Source of the DNA: Paecilomyces variotii
Taxonomy: Eukaryota
Assembly: GCA_004022145.1 (NCBI GenBank)
Contig: RCNU01000003.1
Length of the DNA stretch: 64,000 bases
Strand: one strand, 5' to 3'
The translations under genes and the position numbers were made by a program. Of the stretch, positions 28,101-40,912 are shown one piece after another. The notes beneath the pieces are model-generated. The model saw only the letters and a list, made by a program, of their open reading frames with translations. It searched no databases and had not been told where the DNA came from. Within the stretch, counting starts at the first letter, position 1. Every line of letters starts with the position of its first letter.

Positions 28101-30099
28101 GAATTAATCTTAATTAATTATTATCTTCCCTTAGATTTAAGCTATAAAATGCTAAAGATTCTTTTAATTACCTTTAAACTTATTTAAATTAAAAAGTCTC
28201 TTTAAAAATTTAAGGGCAGAGAAAAGTATAATAATAAGTATTTTAAATACTCCTATTAAAATAGCTATAGGTTTCTTAATATTAGACTTAGGTTTAAATA
28301 TAAATATAAGTATATTTATAATAGGGATAGCTATATAATAAGCTTAATCTCTCTTAAGAATAGCTTAAATATATTATTATTCCTTTTTATTAAGCTATAT
28401 TTTCTAATATTATTAGATAGCCTTAAAATTAATATTTTTTTATTTAAGTCTCTATTATATAGCCGCAAACTTTTACTAAAATTTTTAGAATCTTATCTTA
28501 GTCTATTTAATATATTAGCTAGCTTTATTTATAGATAACTTAGCCTTAGTAATATATTTATATATTAGGTAATAATAATTATATTATTCTAGCCTATAGT
28601 TAATAATAATATATTTAATAAACTTTCTTAGAGTAGTTAGTAAGAATAGGGGAATTAAGGTAAGTATTATTAATAATATTAACTCCTAGATAAGAGCTAT
28701 ATAATATTAAGATATAAGCTTAAGGAGCAGGTTAGAATAAATAGAATAAGATAGTTAATATTAGGACTAGCTATAAGATCTCTATTTAGTTAATTTAGAT
28801 TAGAATAAGCTATTATAAGTAGGCTTAATAAATAAGATATAGCTTAAGAAGCTTAAATTTAAATTAAATTATATGCTAAAAATATTTTTATAAGATTATA
28901 TAACTCCTTATATAATCTAGAAGAGTATAATCCTTACTCTTCTAGATTAGGTAAGCATTAGCTAGCGGGTTAGTTATTCTATTCTCTATGCTAGCACTAT
29001 AATAATAATAATATTTATACTTTAAAAATAAAACCTTTAAAAAAATTATAATAAATTCTAAAAACTTAAAATTTTTTTATTTCCTTATAAATATATAATA
29101 ATAATTAATATATAAAAGCTTTAAAATAAAGAGTTTATATATATTTTTACTAATTTAAAGTTAATTAAAAATTTATATTTTTAAAACTTTCTTTATTATT
29201 ATTATATTATATTACTATTATTTTTTAAAGTTTTATATATTTTATATAAACTTTATAGTATAAAAAATATATACAATAAATTTTATAATAAAATATTAAA
29301 GAATAAATAAATAATATTAAGTTAAAATTTTAGAAAATTTACTAACTTTAACTACTTATAGTACTATATATATTAATAAATTTCATAAAAAAAATAGATT
29401 AATTAAAAATTGATTATTTATAATATCTATATCTTAAATTTTATTTCAAAATATTTAATTGTGGTTAAGTTATAAAGGTTTAGATTTGCTAATTTTCTAT
29501 GGGGGGAAAAGCGGTCGTCAGGTGGGAACGGTCGGCAGCTGGTCAAAGACGGTACGCATGATTACTGTATGCCGCCGCCGCGTAGCGTCGACCACTTTGT
29601 GTAGAACACTGTTCCAATAATTATTATAACCCTGGACAGAATCTCCTGCGTTTACTCGGTTCACAGATGCATATAGCAGAGCGTTTCTTGATAGCTACGA
29701 TAGTCATCCAACAGACCTTCAGGGTCCCATACGCTAACATATAAATTTCCTCAGTGGCACGAAATTCACTGCCTCCTCTACCTCCTTCACCCGACGACGC
29801 AGAGCAACCCCCCCCCCCCTCTCTTCACCACTATATTCTCCCCCTCTCCTTCTCCATTGCTCTGGCTTCGACCTCAAACTTCTCACCCAGGCCCTGTCCC
29901 TGGCGCACACGCTCGGAGCCCACTGCTCCTCTGCAACCCGGAGACCACCTGCTCAAACACCTTACACACATGTAAAACGCTCTAGAACCCTTCTACAGGT
30001 CGGGAGGGATCCTAGACAACTGGCGAATATCATTACATTTGCTTGAATGCTTTCTACGGTTGCACAATATGTACATAAATCTATAGCTTAGCACGTCCC

Positions 30100-31265
30100 T
30101 ATACCCCATGGGAAGTCTCAGGGGCACAGGCTTCGCCTGCACCCCGCTGGACGTTAATAAATACAACAACAACCACCCCCACCCGCACAGTGGCCCCAAC
30201 GTACGTACTGATGATTAACATCTAATGCAGCGCTGACCGTTGTCTAGGAAAGCAGCAGGCTGCCCCAATGACAACTAGCCCATATCTTATAGGTAGCTTT
30301 GGAATTGGGGTTGAGACATAGTTTCTCCTGGCTCCCCGTGAAAGAAGCCGTACGGCAAATAATATTTGTGGATTTTCTAGTTCTGTTGCATCTTCCTACA
30401 ACAACTATCTCTCAACCTTTGGTCCAGATTAATATCCGTGAATGCATAACGCGATAGATGAGTCATATCTTGGTCCACAGTTTGCGGAGTAATCGCTCGA
30501 TTCAGACTCGGTAATTGAGATGCAAAAGAAAGGGCAAGAGCAAGCACCGTGTATGAGACTGCTCTTATTTTTGCGACTAAATGACTTGCTAATTATTTTA
30601 GGGGGCCTAGAGAGTATTTCCCCAATTTTTTGGGCCTATAAAGGTTCAAGATAGCGCGAACATCTTAGTTTTATATGGGATTTCTTGTCGCTTAATTACT
30701 ATGTGAGCGCAAATTCTAGTTATGGCACGTATATCTATCTGTCAATCGTCGGTGGCCGAAGCTCGAGAGAATTTGCCAATGTATTATTTATTTTAAGCCT
30801 ACTTTTGAGGCTTTTCTACCAGAAGACAGACTTTCTAATGTGTATGTATGCCCGAAGTAATTGGCTTGATAATTCTAATTTCGGTCACAGAACTCGATCT
30901 TAAAAGCAAAGTATGGATGTTATCCAGCAAGCTTCCAATCTCCGAGAGCTTTGTACTGCTTATGAACCCCGATCACGACAAGATATTTGGATGGAACTTT
31001 TTTTACCTTCTTAATTCTCCCAATGGGACAATTGAATTCAGGAGAGGTGCCGCCAGCACATCTGTGTTCTGGATGGCGATGCTCTGCCAGATGTCAAGAT
31101 TATCTGATATTTGAGATGCGCCATTCCGCATTCGGTGTGACCTTGCGAAGTCCCACCCGCTAAAACACCTCGCCGTTTTTCTAGAGCCAATCTTGGGTTT
31201 CGATGATTGAAAAGTTATCCTGCTATCCTTCTTTCAGGGTGAGCTTCCGACGCTAGACGTGTAGG
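30100..31265 (+). pseudogene. Putative amidoligase-family pseudogene (RIP-type stops plus frameshifts); ends approximate
   Basis: Spliced translation (introns 30201-30247, 30551-30601): GSFGIGVE..., E*SLDSD, WGLESISPI, NSSYGTYIYLS (expected CGTHxHLS), FEAFLPEDR.SN.YARSNWLDN, GWNF..L....GTIEFRRG. Several in-frame stops. Confidence 0.72.
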
Positions 31266-31717
31266 TCTCCACCTATATTGAATGGCACTGAAAACCATCC
31301 ATAGATTCCATACGATTCTCGTTACCTACAACGAATGTAAGAATGCATATACAGAAAGGACATCAACTCTGAAAATTGAAAAGAATGCAGCTTCTTAAAT
31401 GGTTGAATATGAACTGATACGTAAATAAGTGGAGCTGGGTGAGGAGATTGATCATAATTCTCCATAGCTCTAGTCGATTAGACAATTTCATACCACCTAC
31501 CGGGCTTTCACTGTCTTTCATCTTCGAGTGATAATCGTACCTTCTAGCTATATATACTGCCCAGAAAGATATATAGACAGCTAGAAACTGGAAAATCCAA
31601 ATTGGAATGCGGTCACTTAAACAAATTTCTTACTTATCACCTAAGAGCTGTCTAATAGGTTTCTTCATCATAAGTATACTCAGTTTCCTCATCCGAAGAT
31701 ACAGTGATTGCGACACT

Positions 31718-32822
31718 ATGGCTGCTCCAGACTCTGACTCCAAGCCCAGATACCGTTCAGATGTAAGTTATTGGTCCGAAAAGAGGAATTTATAATTCCA
31801 ACATGTCTGATGTCTTCTCGAAACATGGATTACCTAGGTATTCTCAATATCTCAGGCGCTGACAGTAGTCACTGCTATCTGCTGAGATTTTAGGACGGCC
31901 GTGAGCTTGAACTACTGAAGCATATCTTCTCTCTTCCTGATCTCGAAAGACGCCTCCGCAACAATCCGGCTGCCATACTCGATGAGATTGACAAATTCTC
32001 TACGACTAACTCTCATCTTATACATGTCGGCCCTGAGAAAGGAGCGATCGTCACCTCTCTCATCGCTGACCGAAAACCTTCCGTGATGGTTGAGCTCGGC
32101 GGCTACGTTGGGTATTCTGCTATTTTGTTCGGTGATGCAGTCCGTCGTGCCGGAGGTGAAAAGTACATTAGCTTGGAATTGAATCCAGTGAATGCGGCTA
32201 TTGCAAGCCTGCTTATCGACCTCGCCGGTCTGAGGGATTTCATATCAATTGTTATCGCTCCCGCACACCTATCTTTAGCCGGCTTGTTGGGAAAAGGTGT
32301 GCTGAAGGATGGAATAGATGTGCTCTTCATTGACCATTGGAAGGATCGATATCTGCCCGATACCTGGCTAGTTGAGGCTTTGGGTCTCCTGAAGCCTGGA
32401 AAATCCATCATAGTGGCTGATAATATTCTCCGCAGAGGCCCATCGGAGTTTGATTATATACCATGGGTGCAGGCCTCACCAGGAGAAAAACAGGCGATTT
32501 TGGGGGCACATACCTTCAAGACGCCTACGGGTATCGACATACGGAACATTGTCATCAAGGATGGGGTCGAAGGTGCAGAAAGTGCGGGAATAGATCTCGA
32601 GCTTGTACCTGGAAATCCAGAATTGGTCTATGAGCCAGTCACCAAGTATCACACGGGACGAGATGATGCCAAGGGAAAGGTATGTGGAACAAATTATCTT
32701 AATAATAATACCGCGCTACCGAGTCTTCTTGGTCTCTCCGAAACAATCCGATTTAGGAAATTGCTAACGAGATAAATCTACGTTAGGACCTTGGTATTCA
32801 CATTCTTACCGATAACCATTAA
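31718..32822 (+). CDS. Catechol O-methyltransferase-like SAM-dependent methyltransferase (spliced)
   Basis: ATG 31718, GTAAGT donor 31763. Main exon from 31894: DGRELELLKHI...HVGPEKG...MVELGGYVGYSAILFG...LFIDHWKDRYLPD...IVADN. Intron 32680-32786, stop 32820-32822. 5' exon structure not fully certain. Confidence 0.85.
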
Positions 32823-33604
32823 GGGTGTAGAGCAGGACAGATCACCTGTGCGATAACTTACAAGAAAGTCCCTGTGATCAAATACACATCTTATTCCAAT
32901 CGCACCCTATGCCTGCGTGTACTTACTTAACTGAGATATCTACACCATATCTGACAATGAAACAAACATAGTGTTCCAAAGAGAGAACATAGATTCCGCG
33001 AGGCATGCCCTGTTTCATCGTTGATATTTGAAGCGTCTAATAATTGTATGGTGGTTTTAGTCGTTTCATTTTGGGGCGTGAGATCTCCACTTGACCAACA
33101 CTTGACTGTGGTTGAGAACTGCTTAATTGGTAGGTGTCACATTAATAATGATGACCAGCAAAACGTTCTCAAGTTTCTCAAGCTTCTTAAGTTGGAGGCG
33201 TCATAGCCGATATGCAGATACACTTTCCAATATTTGTAATGCCGATATGATTTAATTCTATAGAGTCCTGTCGAGTTCATCCCTATTTGCTGCTAGGGCG
33301 GGGTTGCGCGTCCCAAGCGTTGTGAGCACTAAGAATAAATTAAAGCGTGGGCGGATTATGTTCGATCCAATAATCTCTTTTTTTGGCGTAGACTACTTAG
33401 CTGGCGCGCTGCCAAGCCGGCCATTTCTAGAAGCAGTATGAGCTATCGATGTTCCTATCGACCGACTTCGGAATCGATGTTCATTATCATACCTTCGTTT
33501 CTTTGTCTTAAATGCCCTGTCATTGTTCTCCTCATTCACTGTCTACCAGAGGAATAAACCTATTACGAGACAGAAGTGAGACGAGCAGTGTTCCCGAGCG
33601 ATAC

Positions 33605-35302
33605 ATGGTGTTCCCCGGGAGACTTAGTACTGCGTGCTACCGTTGTCGCCGGCGCAAAGTCAAGGTATGTCTCCAATTTCCCGAATAGCTTCGCTTCTTT
33701 ACGATTCATTATAGTAAAGTGTGACGCGACGAGGCCATCATGTCGGCGCTGCATGATATACGGCAAAGAATGTACCGGTTACCCTTCTTCCTTCGCATTT
33801 CGCACGTACAAACCGACCGGTCAAGAAGGAGACTCTTCGCAGGGTAGTGCTCTGTTAAAATGCAAAGACAACACAATGCAACGACGCTTGGAAGGAGAAG
33901 TCGATCGAGTAGGAGGGTCAAATGGCCCTGCAAGCACAAGTTCAGTGCCTCATTCTCCTGTTCTGTGCTTGGAGTGGCAGTCCCTCTGTTACTTCTTCCA
34001 TCAACACGTACTACAAGTCGCAAGGTCTCCATGTGAAGGTCACCTGGCTTTTTTTCCTGAGTTGTATCAGGAGAGAGGTGACGATCCTTGTTTGAGAAAT
34101 GCGATCCTCAGCGTCTCGTATCTCACTCTGTTCAATACATCTGGAGTCCAGCAGCTTCAAGTTCACGCCCGAAAGCATTATGGCGCTGCATTAAATTCGC
34201 TGATTGCGACGCTGAATTCTAATGAACTAGCGTTGCGGGATGAGGTTGTTGCTGCATCGCTTTTCTTGAGCATGTTTACAGTAATCTTGTCCATGATCGA
34301 AGCGAAAACCAAACCTTTACTGACAAAACCCATAGGACCTTAGCGGCGAAAGGGAGAGCATACTGAATCCCCACATTCCTGGAATCTCTTCTTTAATGCA
34401 GTCTTGGGGCCGGACACAGCTGAGGAGCAAATACGGCCGCAGGTTGTTTGGATGGGCAGTGACACAAATCGTACGTTTAGCTTCATCCAGAGGGCAATGC
34501 ATTCTATTGATTATTTCTCTCACTACAGCAAATGCAAGCCATGTTCAACAAACAATACCGCTACACGGCGTTGCCGGAGTCAGTCAAGACTCAATACAAT
34601 CCTGACATTGTTTACCTCGCTGGAACCATCGCGGGAAAAATATCCGATTTCCACAACGCTGCAAGCGAAACACGACAAATCCTCTGCTCTGCAATACCCA
34701 GTCCAGAACCAGCGGAGAACTTATTTTGCGCGCTGTTCAAAAAGGCGCATTCTCTATTTGAAGATATCGATGTCTGGCATAAAGGGATCCCACGGCACTG
34801 GAGGTGCCAGTATGAAGCTCCTGCTGCGGAAAATAATACCCCTGCGACGCCAGAAAATGCGACACGTGACCCATGGACGAGGTGTTTCCTGGCCTCTTCC
34901 CACGCAGCTCAGATATCTTTTTACTCACATGTCATAAAGTGCTATGATGACTTCCGCTCTTTCGGTCTAACACTAGCAGATCCAATTTTTAGAAATATCC
35001 CTGTCGAGTTGTTCAACAATCTGGATGGCCGTATACGTTACTTGACTGATCTGGTGTGTTCGACAGTGACCACTGCTCTGGGAAGCATTGACAAGCATGG
35101 CTACTTTCGATTACTTCCGCACAGCAAAGTTGCAAACGGATATACGCTATTATGGCCGATGTGGGTTGTGGCAAATTGTGAGTTTTCGACAGCAGAGCAA
35201 GCTTCCCTCTGTCAGCAAGGCCTACAGTGCGTTGGTACAGCTATGGGCTGCAAGTTAGCATTGTCATTGAGCCAAACAAGTGCCTCTATAATGCCGGAAT
35301 GA
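33605..35302 (+). CDS. Zn(II)2Cys6 fungal transcription factor
   Basis: MVFPGRLSTACYRCRRRKVK | intron ~33665-33719 | CDATRPSCRRCMIYGKEC. Further introns ~34281-34335 and ~34471-34529 join the ORF-track fragments. C-terminal GYTLLWP motif. Confidence 0.88.
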
Positions 35303-36357
35303 GTATTCGAGAAGTGCCCATCTCGTTATTCAATCTTGGGTTATATAGAGCCCCAACTAGCTGCGGACGGGCGGAAGCCTTGAAGTCAACAATTGAAGAA
35401 GGCTATGCCTAATAGTGTCGCTATCATTCCGACATCAAGGCGGAACAACTAGACAAGGGCGGCTTTGATTATAGCTCGTTTGCCTTAGTACAACTGCCGA
35501 GAGTGCATCATCTTCATACAGTCATGATCCCTCCATGTGGCATTCGCAACGAGAGAAGTTTCCCGACACTTTAGATCAAAACTTACTGCCGGTAGGAAAT
35601 TGGCATGTCACACACCAGAGGATGTGACCAGCATCTGCACAGAGACGGAAACTCAACAGGTGGCGCGTGCATCACGTGTTAGTCTTTGTGGGCTCTGAGG
35701 AGCCTTACCAAAGCAGCTGTTTGTCGAGACACGTCTACTTGCCCAATATGCTGTGCATGAAGTCGGAACTACGGCTCTCGACGGATGTGTTGTGTTTCCT
35801 TGGGCCTCAATGAGAGGATCCATGTAGCAACGTCTCAAGTTACATATTACTTGCTGCTTTACGGACAACAAGTGGGGAACATTGACAAATATTATTATTT
35901 GCAATTGCCCTGGTAGTGATTTATTCCCTTGAAGTAACTGCAGTCCCATTAGTATACTATCATTAATAAGGAGTATGATGCTTTACCGGAAACAGCAAGA
36001 GTACCTAGTAAGAGCCGGCAACCCAGTCCGGACTAGCGTGGTGATGTCGAGCTTCTCCACGCCCCGCCAAGAAATTCAAAATCGACTTCATGGCTTCTCC
36101 ATCGCGGGGTGATGCTACAGGTGCTATGATTCAAACAGCTCGTAGCACTACTGGTGCTTAGAGAGCTGCTCATTATGCCAATCCTTTCACACGCAATCTG
36201 AGCGTTAGGGTCTGTTGTGCAATCCGGCCCTGATTCGGTGGCCCTAAGGACGCACAGTGAAGCTCTCGAACGCCTAGACCACTATGACTCTTGGCATTGC
36301 TCGAATAAAGTAGTACTCTTTTGCAGGTGGCCATAGGATTGTCTATTCAGTCACGAC

Positions 36358-38664
36358 ATGATGGATTCCCCATCTACTTCAAGCGATAATAATCCGCGAA
36401 AGCGCGGTCGAACGGCATGTACACGGTGCAAAACCAGGAAACAGAAAGTATGTGTATTCCCTCTCATTGCCTTCGTTGATACTGTTCCATCAATCAATGA
36501 ATTGATGGCTAACAGGAGATAGTGTGACAATGAGTACCCGGTCTGTTCCAACTGTCGGAAGGCGAACGTTGAGTGCGATAAATCGCTGGTGAGCCGACAT
36601 CGCGAAAGCTCGCCTGGGTAAGTACATATTAGAGTTGAACAGGACACTGCATACTTCACATGATGCTAATATTGCATTAGATATACCCGTGCCTTGCAGG
36701 AGCGCATCGCATATCTCGAGGGACGCTTGTCTGAGTTCGAATCAAGGCCGAGAGACGAACCTTCGGTCTCTTTTAGACAATCTCAAACTCCCATTTCACC
36801 CCAGGCTACTACGCGTCGCACTACTAGCAATCCCCTCGGTGAGATCGTTGGCTTTCTCACGGTAGGTTCCTCACTTGATGCACCAGCGTATGTCGGGTCC
36901 AGCTCCGGTCTATCCCTCGCTGTAAACCTAGGTGAGATGGTCCAAGCGACCGTATGGAACAATGTGTTGTCACCGTCTTCTGATCCATCGAGGAAAGCGA
37001 GCGGTGGACCCAAGGAGGTCAATGGTGCAGCTATTTCATCTGAGGAAGGTGGTCCCAGTGTCATAAATAGACCTGCCAGGATGGAGGACCTGACAGCAAA
37101 TGCGGCCGAACCACCGAACGAAGAAATGGGGGCACGGATACTCAAAGCGTACATAAACCGCTTACATCCCCGATATCCGTTCCTAGATCGGAAAGAACTA
37201 TGGGCTCTACATGAAAAGAGGTTCAGTCTGAGTGGTATACCACACGAGAGGTTGTCGAAGGCTGAAAAATTCGGCCTGTTTAAGCTCTATTTGGTCTATT
37301 CTATTGGAGCAACGATGATGCAGCTGAGCGAGAAATACAATTACACCGCGCCAGAGGTGAGCATGCCAACGCTGTAGGAGTCTTCTCGCTATAGAGCATC
37401 CCATACTAACTAGGTGTAGCGGTTCTATATGACAGCATTACGGCACATGTGTGCGGTACAGGAGTTGCGATCGATTCAGAACATCGAGTCTATGGCTCTC
37501 TTAGTCATCTATCATTTGCGGTCTGCATCGAGTCATGGTGTCTGGTACATGATCGGCCTTGCGATGCGCATATGTATCGATCTTGGACTTCACCGTAAAG
37601 CTAACCTTGTCAACCTTGATCCCTTCACGGCGCAAATGCGACGGCGTCTCTTTTGGTCCGTGTACTATCTTGAACGAGTGATCGCAGTCTCGCTTGGTCG
37701 TCCGCCTAGTATTCCCGATAGTCATATCGATCTCGAACTACCACTGAATGTGAACGACGATGAGCGCGACCCTGCCGTCCTTACTTCACAACCACCAGCG
37801 GGACTCAAGACAACACTCACATTTTCGATTTGCCTTTTCCAATTACGGCAGATTGACTCCAAAATCCAACATTCGATATATAGGGCGGATCGCGCTCTCC
37901 ATACTCTCCGACCTAAGCTGGACCGACTGTATCTTGAACTCGAGGAATGGAAATCCTCCGCAACCTCTTGTTTCAGTAATTCAGAGCTGGACTATCCGAT
38001 GTTGCATTACAACCGAGCTGTTCGGTTACTGATCCAACCTTTCCTGCCGCTTCTCTCACTCAGTGATCCGTACTACCACATCTGTCTCCGCGCTGCAGGG
38101 GAGATCTGCCAGGTACATAAAAGATTGCATCAGACGCTCGAATACGGGCATTCCTTCCTAGCCGTCCAGACTGTCTTTGTAGCTGGGATTACACTGCTCT
38201 ATGCCCTCTGGACACATACTGATCGAGTGTGGTCTGTACAAATGAGCAATGACATCCGTGCCTGCTCGACCGTGCTTTTCGTCATGGGTGAGCGTGCAGG
38301 ATGGGTGAAGAAATACCGCGATGCCTTCGAACTGCTCATAAACGCAGCGATGGAAAAGCTACAAGGTGACGAAGCGCTACGAGCCCTTGGAATGGCGCAG
38401 ATGATGGTTGCACAACATGGCGGTGGTGATTTCAGCAGGATGTCGAACACTATGCCTAACAGTGAAAATGTGTCGCAGTCCGATATTGGAGCGACCTACA
38501 CCTCGCAGGCGATGCCAGCATCCGGTATCCCAGATATGCCTGGAGGGACGGATGGTGCTATGCGAATGGCTATGGAACTCGCGCCCTGGTTAGACCAAGG
38601 CAACAATGTGCCTTTATGGATGCCTGATTTCGAGACGCTAGAGAACTTGACTAGCGGCCCGTAG
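36358..38664 (+). CDS. Zn(II)2Cys6 transcription factor with fungal-specific TF (Fungal_trans) domain, Ppr1/UaY-like architecture
   Basis: ACTRCKTRKQK | intron | CDNEYPVCSNCRKANVEC; HPRYPFLD; IGLAMRICIDLGLHR...RRRLFWSVYYLER..AVSLGRP. Confidence 0.9.
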
Positions 38665-39193
38665 TACATACAGGATGCACGATCCGGTGCTCTCGAGAGA
38701 GAAGTGGGCAGTTAAGATATCTGCTCTTTAGCTTGCATGATTGTGGTAAATTCATCTTTATTCATGTACTAGAAGTCCCTCCGGGGATATTTTGTTTAAT
38801 ACCACTGCTGAGGTTCCTCTCGTCGTCTTTTTGGCTCTCTGGAAATAGGCCAGTCATATTGGGTTATATGCGTGAGGAACGAGTCCCGTTCTACTTCCCC
38901 TGCTAGGGAATTCCACAATCTCGAAGAGACATTATGAAATATATATCACGAGTACAAATCACGTTATCAACAACGACTAGGATGTACGATAGATTCGCGC
39001 AAGGCGCTAATAATATACATACGATAAATAGATCCCACCAATGTATGTTGGTAGTAGAAAAGACGCCTCCTAATCTAATGACGTACCTCTAGATGCATCT
39101 ATAAATAACAGACATGATAAGCCGGTTCTGAAGCTTTTCCTCGATTTCCAACTGAGCATTGCTCTAGGCTCACTCCTTCGATTCATATGTGAC

Positions 39194-40912
39194 TCAAATT
39201 CCAGGTGCATACGTCGCCAATCCCTTGGCTAATCGTTGAATTTGGGCCATATAATATACCTAATATATCCATCTCATGTTAGTGTCTACACCTCGAAACT
39301 GGTATAATCTTAATCATGCAAAAAGTCACTCACGGATTCTGCTCCTGCGCTCTGAATCTTCACAGGCAACCACTTCATCAACGTCGGCACTGGCGCCTTC
39401 TCCAGCGGCAACTGGGCCTCCTCATCCTTGGTGCCATCGTCCAGAAGGAGGTGCGCGAATCTGGGATTGACGCATGCTGGACGTCCGATTCCAACGAGGT
39501 CACATGCATTCTCCTTCACGGCAGCTTCGGCGCCTTGACGGCTTCTGAAACCACCTGTGAGCATGAGGACGACGTCGGGATAGCGTTTGCGCGCCTCTCG
39601 AGCGAAGTCGAGAAAGAATGCTTCCCGAGCAGCGGTCCTGGAGGAGGTCGGTTTCTGTTCCTTTTGGGCGAGTTCGTAGCCCATCATCTGGATACATTGT
39701 TAGTGGTGATGGTTAGGTGCGTACGCATTTCTATGATTGACATAACTAGCGGGAGGTAGGTATTAGCAACTCACTTTTGGACTCTCATACGATCCACCGC
39801 TGATTTCGATGAAGTCTATTCCGGCCGCAACCACGAGACCGATCTGGGTCATCACGTCCTCGAAATTGCTGGAGTCGTGATCCGCGGAATTTAACTTGAT
39901 TCCGATACAGAAGTTAGCTGGGACAGCCTTCCGGGTCTCTGTGATGATATCCAAGAGAAACTTCGCGCGTCTCTCTGGAGTACCTCCATATGCGTCGGTG
40001 CGGTGGTTTGTCTGTGGTGGTCAGTTGGTGTTCATCAAGTCGGTCCTTGAGGTACTGTTGGTTTTGCTTGTTCTTGAAAAGATGATGGCATACCTTGGGG
40101 GAGAGGAATTGGTCTGTTGAACATGTTATCAGCACTTGTGTCAGACCAGGGACATTCAGTAAAGTAGAACTTACCAATCAGATATCCATGCGCACCATGA
40201 AGCTCGATTCCCGAAAACCCCGCATCCGCCATAAGACGAGCAGCATCGACAAATTGGCGGGTAACTGTCTCGATATCCGCAACCGTCATCTCCCTCGGCG
40301 TGGGAAAGACCAGCATGCGAACTAGCGTAGCTAGGATTCCGTCTCCAATATCCAAGGGGATTGGACTAGGCGCGATTGTCGATGTGAGGAGACCCCGCTC
40401 GCCAGCTCCTAAAGGCGACTGTCGGCCTGGATGGCAGAGCTGCACGATACCTGGAGAGCCATGTTTCTGGCATGCGTCCGCATACTTCTTCCACCGCTGG
40501 AGGACGGCGGCGTCCTTTTCAGGGTCATAATACCGAGGGGGTGCCAGGTCGTTCGGACCACCCAAGTAGTTCGCATCTACTTGGACGTTTCCTGCGGTTT
40601 AAATCGATATGTTGGCTTTCTTGTTCCGTCTTCTATTAGACAGAATGCGTATTGCGAACCTGTGAGAATAGATCCCCATCCGCCTTCAGCCCATCGGCTG
40701 TATGCCTGGACAAAACTGTCGTCTGGGGTATGGTCTGACGATTTGGCCATTTGTTCAGCCATCGCGGCCTGAGTAACAGGGTTAGAACGACGGCCATTGG
40801 TGAAAACGAGCGCATCATTACGCAGCACATAAGTTATACTTACCTTCGAAAGGCGATTGGGAAGAACAACACCACATGGCAGCTTAACCGGGTCGGATAG
40901 AACGGAAGGCAT
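39194..40912 (-). CDS. NADH:flavin oxidoreductase / Old Yellow Enzyme family (multi-exon)
   Basis: LPNRLSK|AAMAE, QLCHPGRQ, AGFSGIELHGAHGYLI|DQFLSP, DAYGGTPERRAKF, GIKLNSAD, IEISGGSYE, LTGGFRS, DLVGIGRP. Last exon ends TGA at 39196-39194. Confidence 0.9.

Larger units (their letters stand above)
14606..29005 (-). mobile_element. RIP-inactivated Ty3/Gypsy element D (minus strand), interrupted by element C; 3' LTR truncated
   Basis: De-RIPed minus-strand motifs: RT YLDDILVY ~25995-25968, RNase H IVETD.SDY ~25558-25530, integrase and terminal EFH..YP.KP-like end ~14700-14670. PPT AAAAAAGGGAG (~14636-14626) is followed by a short match (CTAGCACTATAATAATA on +) shared with 28991-29007, the putative 5' LTR start. 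Confidence 0.8.
1..29460. repeat. AT-rich, RIP-degenerated transposon block (heterochromatin-like; extends left of the window)
   Basis: Extreme A/T and TpA enrichment, depletion of CpA/TpG/CpG, no long ORFs, retroelement motifs recoverable by reversing transitions, abrupt switch to balanced composition at ~29.46-29.5 kb. Confidence 0.95.

Noticed and set aside
30208..30251. CTGATGA...GAAA resembling a hammerhead ribozyme core
   Set aside because: No flanking stems; better explained as intron 30201-30247 (GTACGT...GCTGAC...CTAG).
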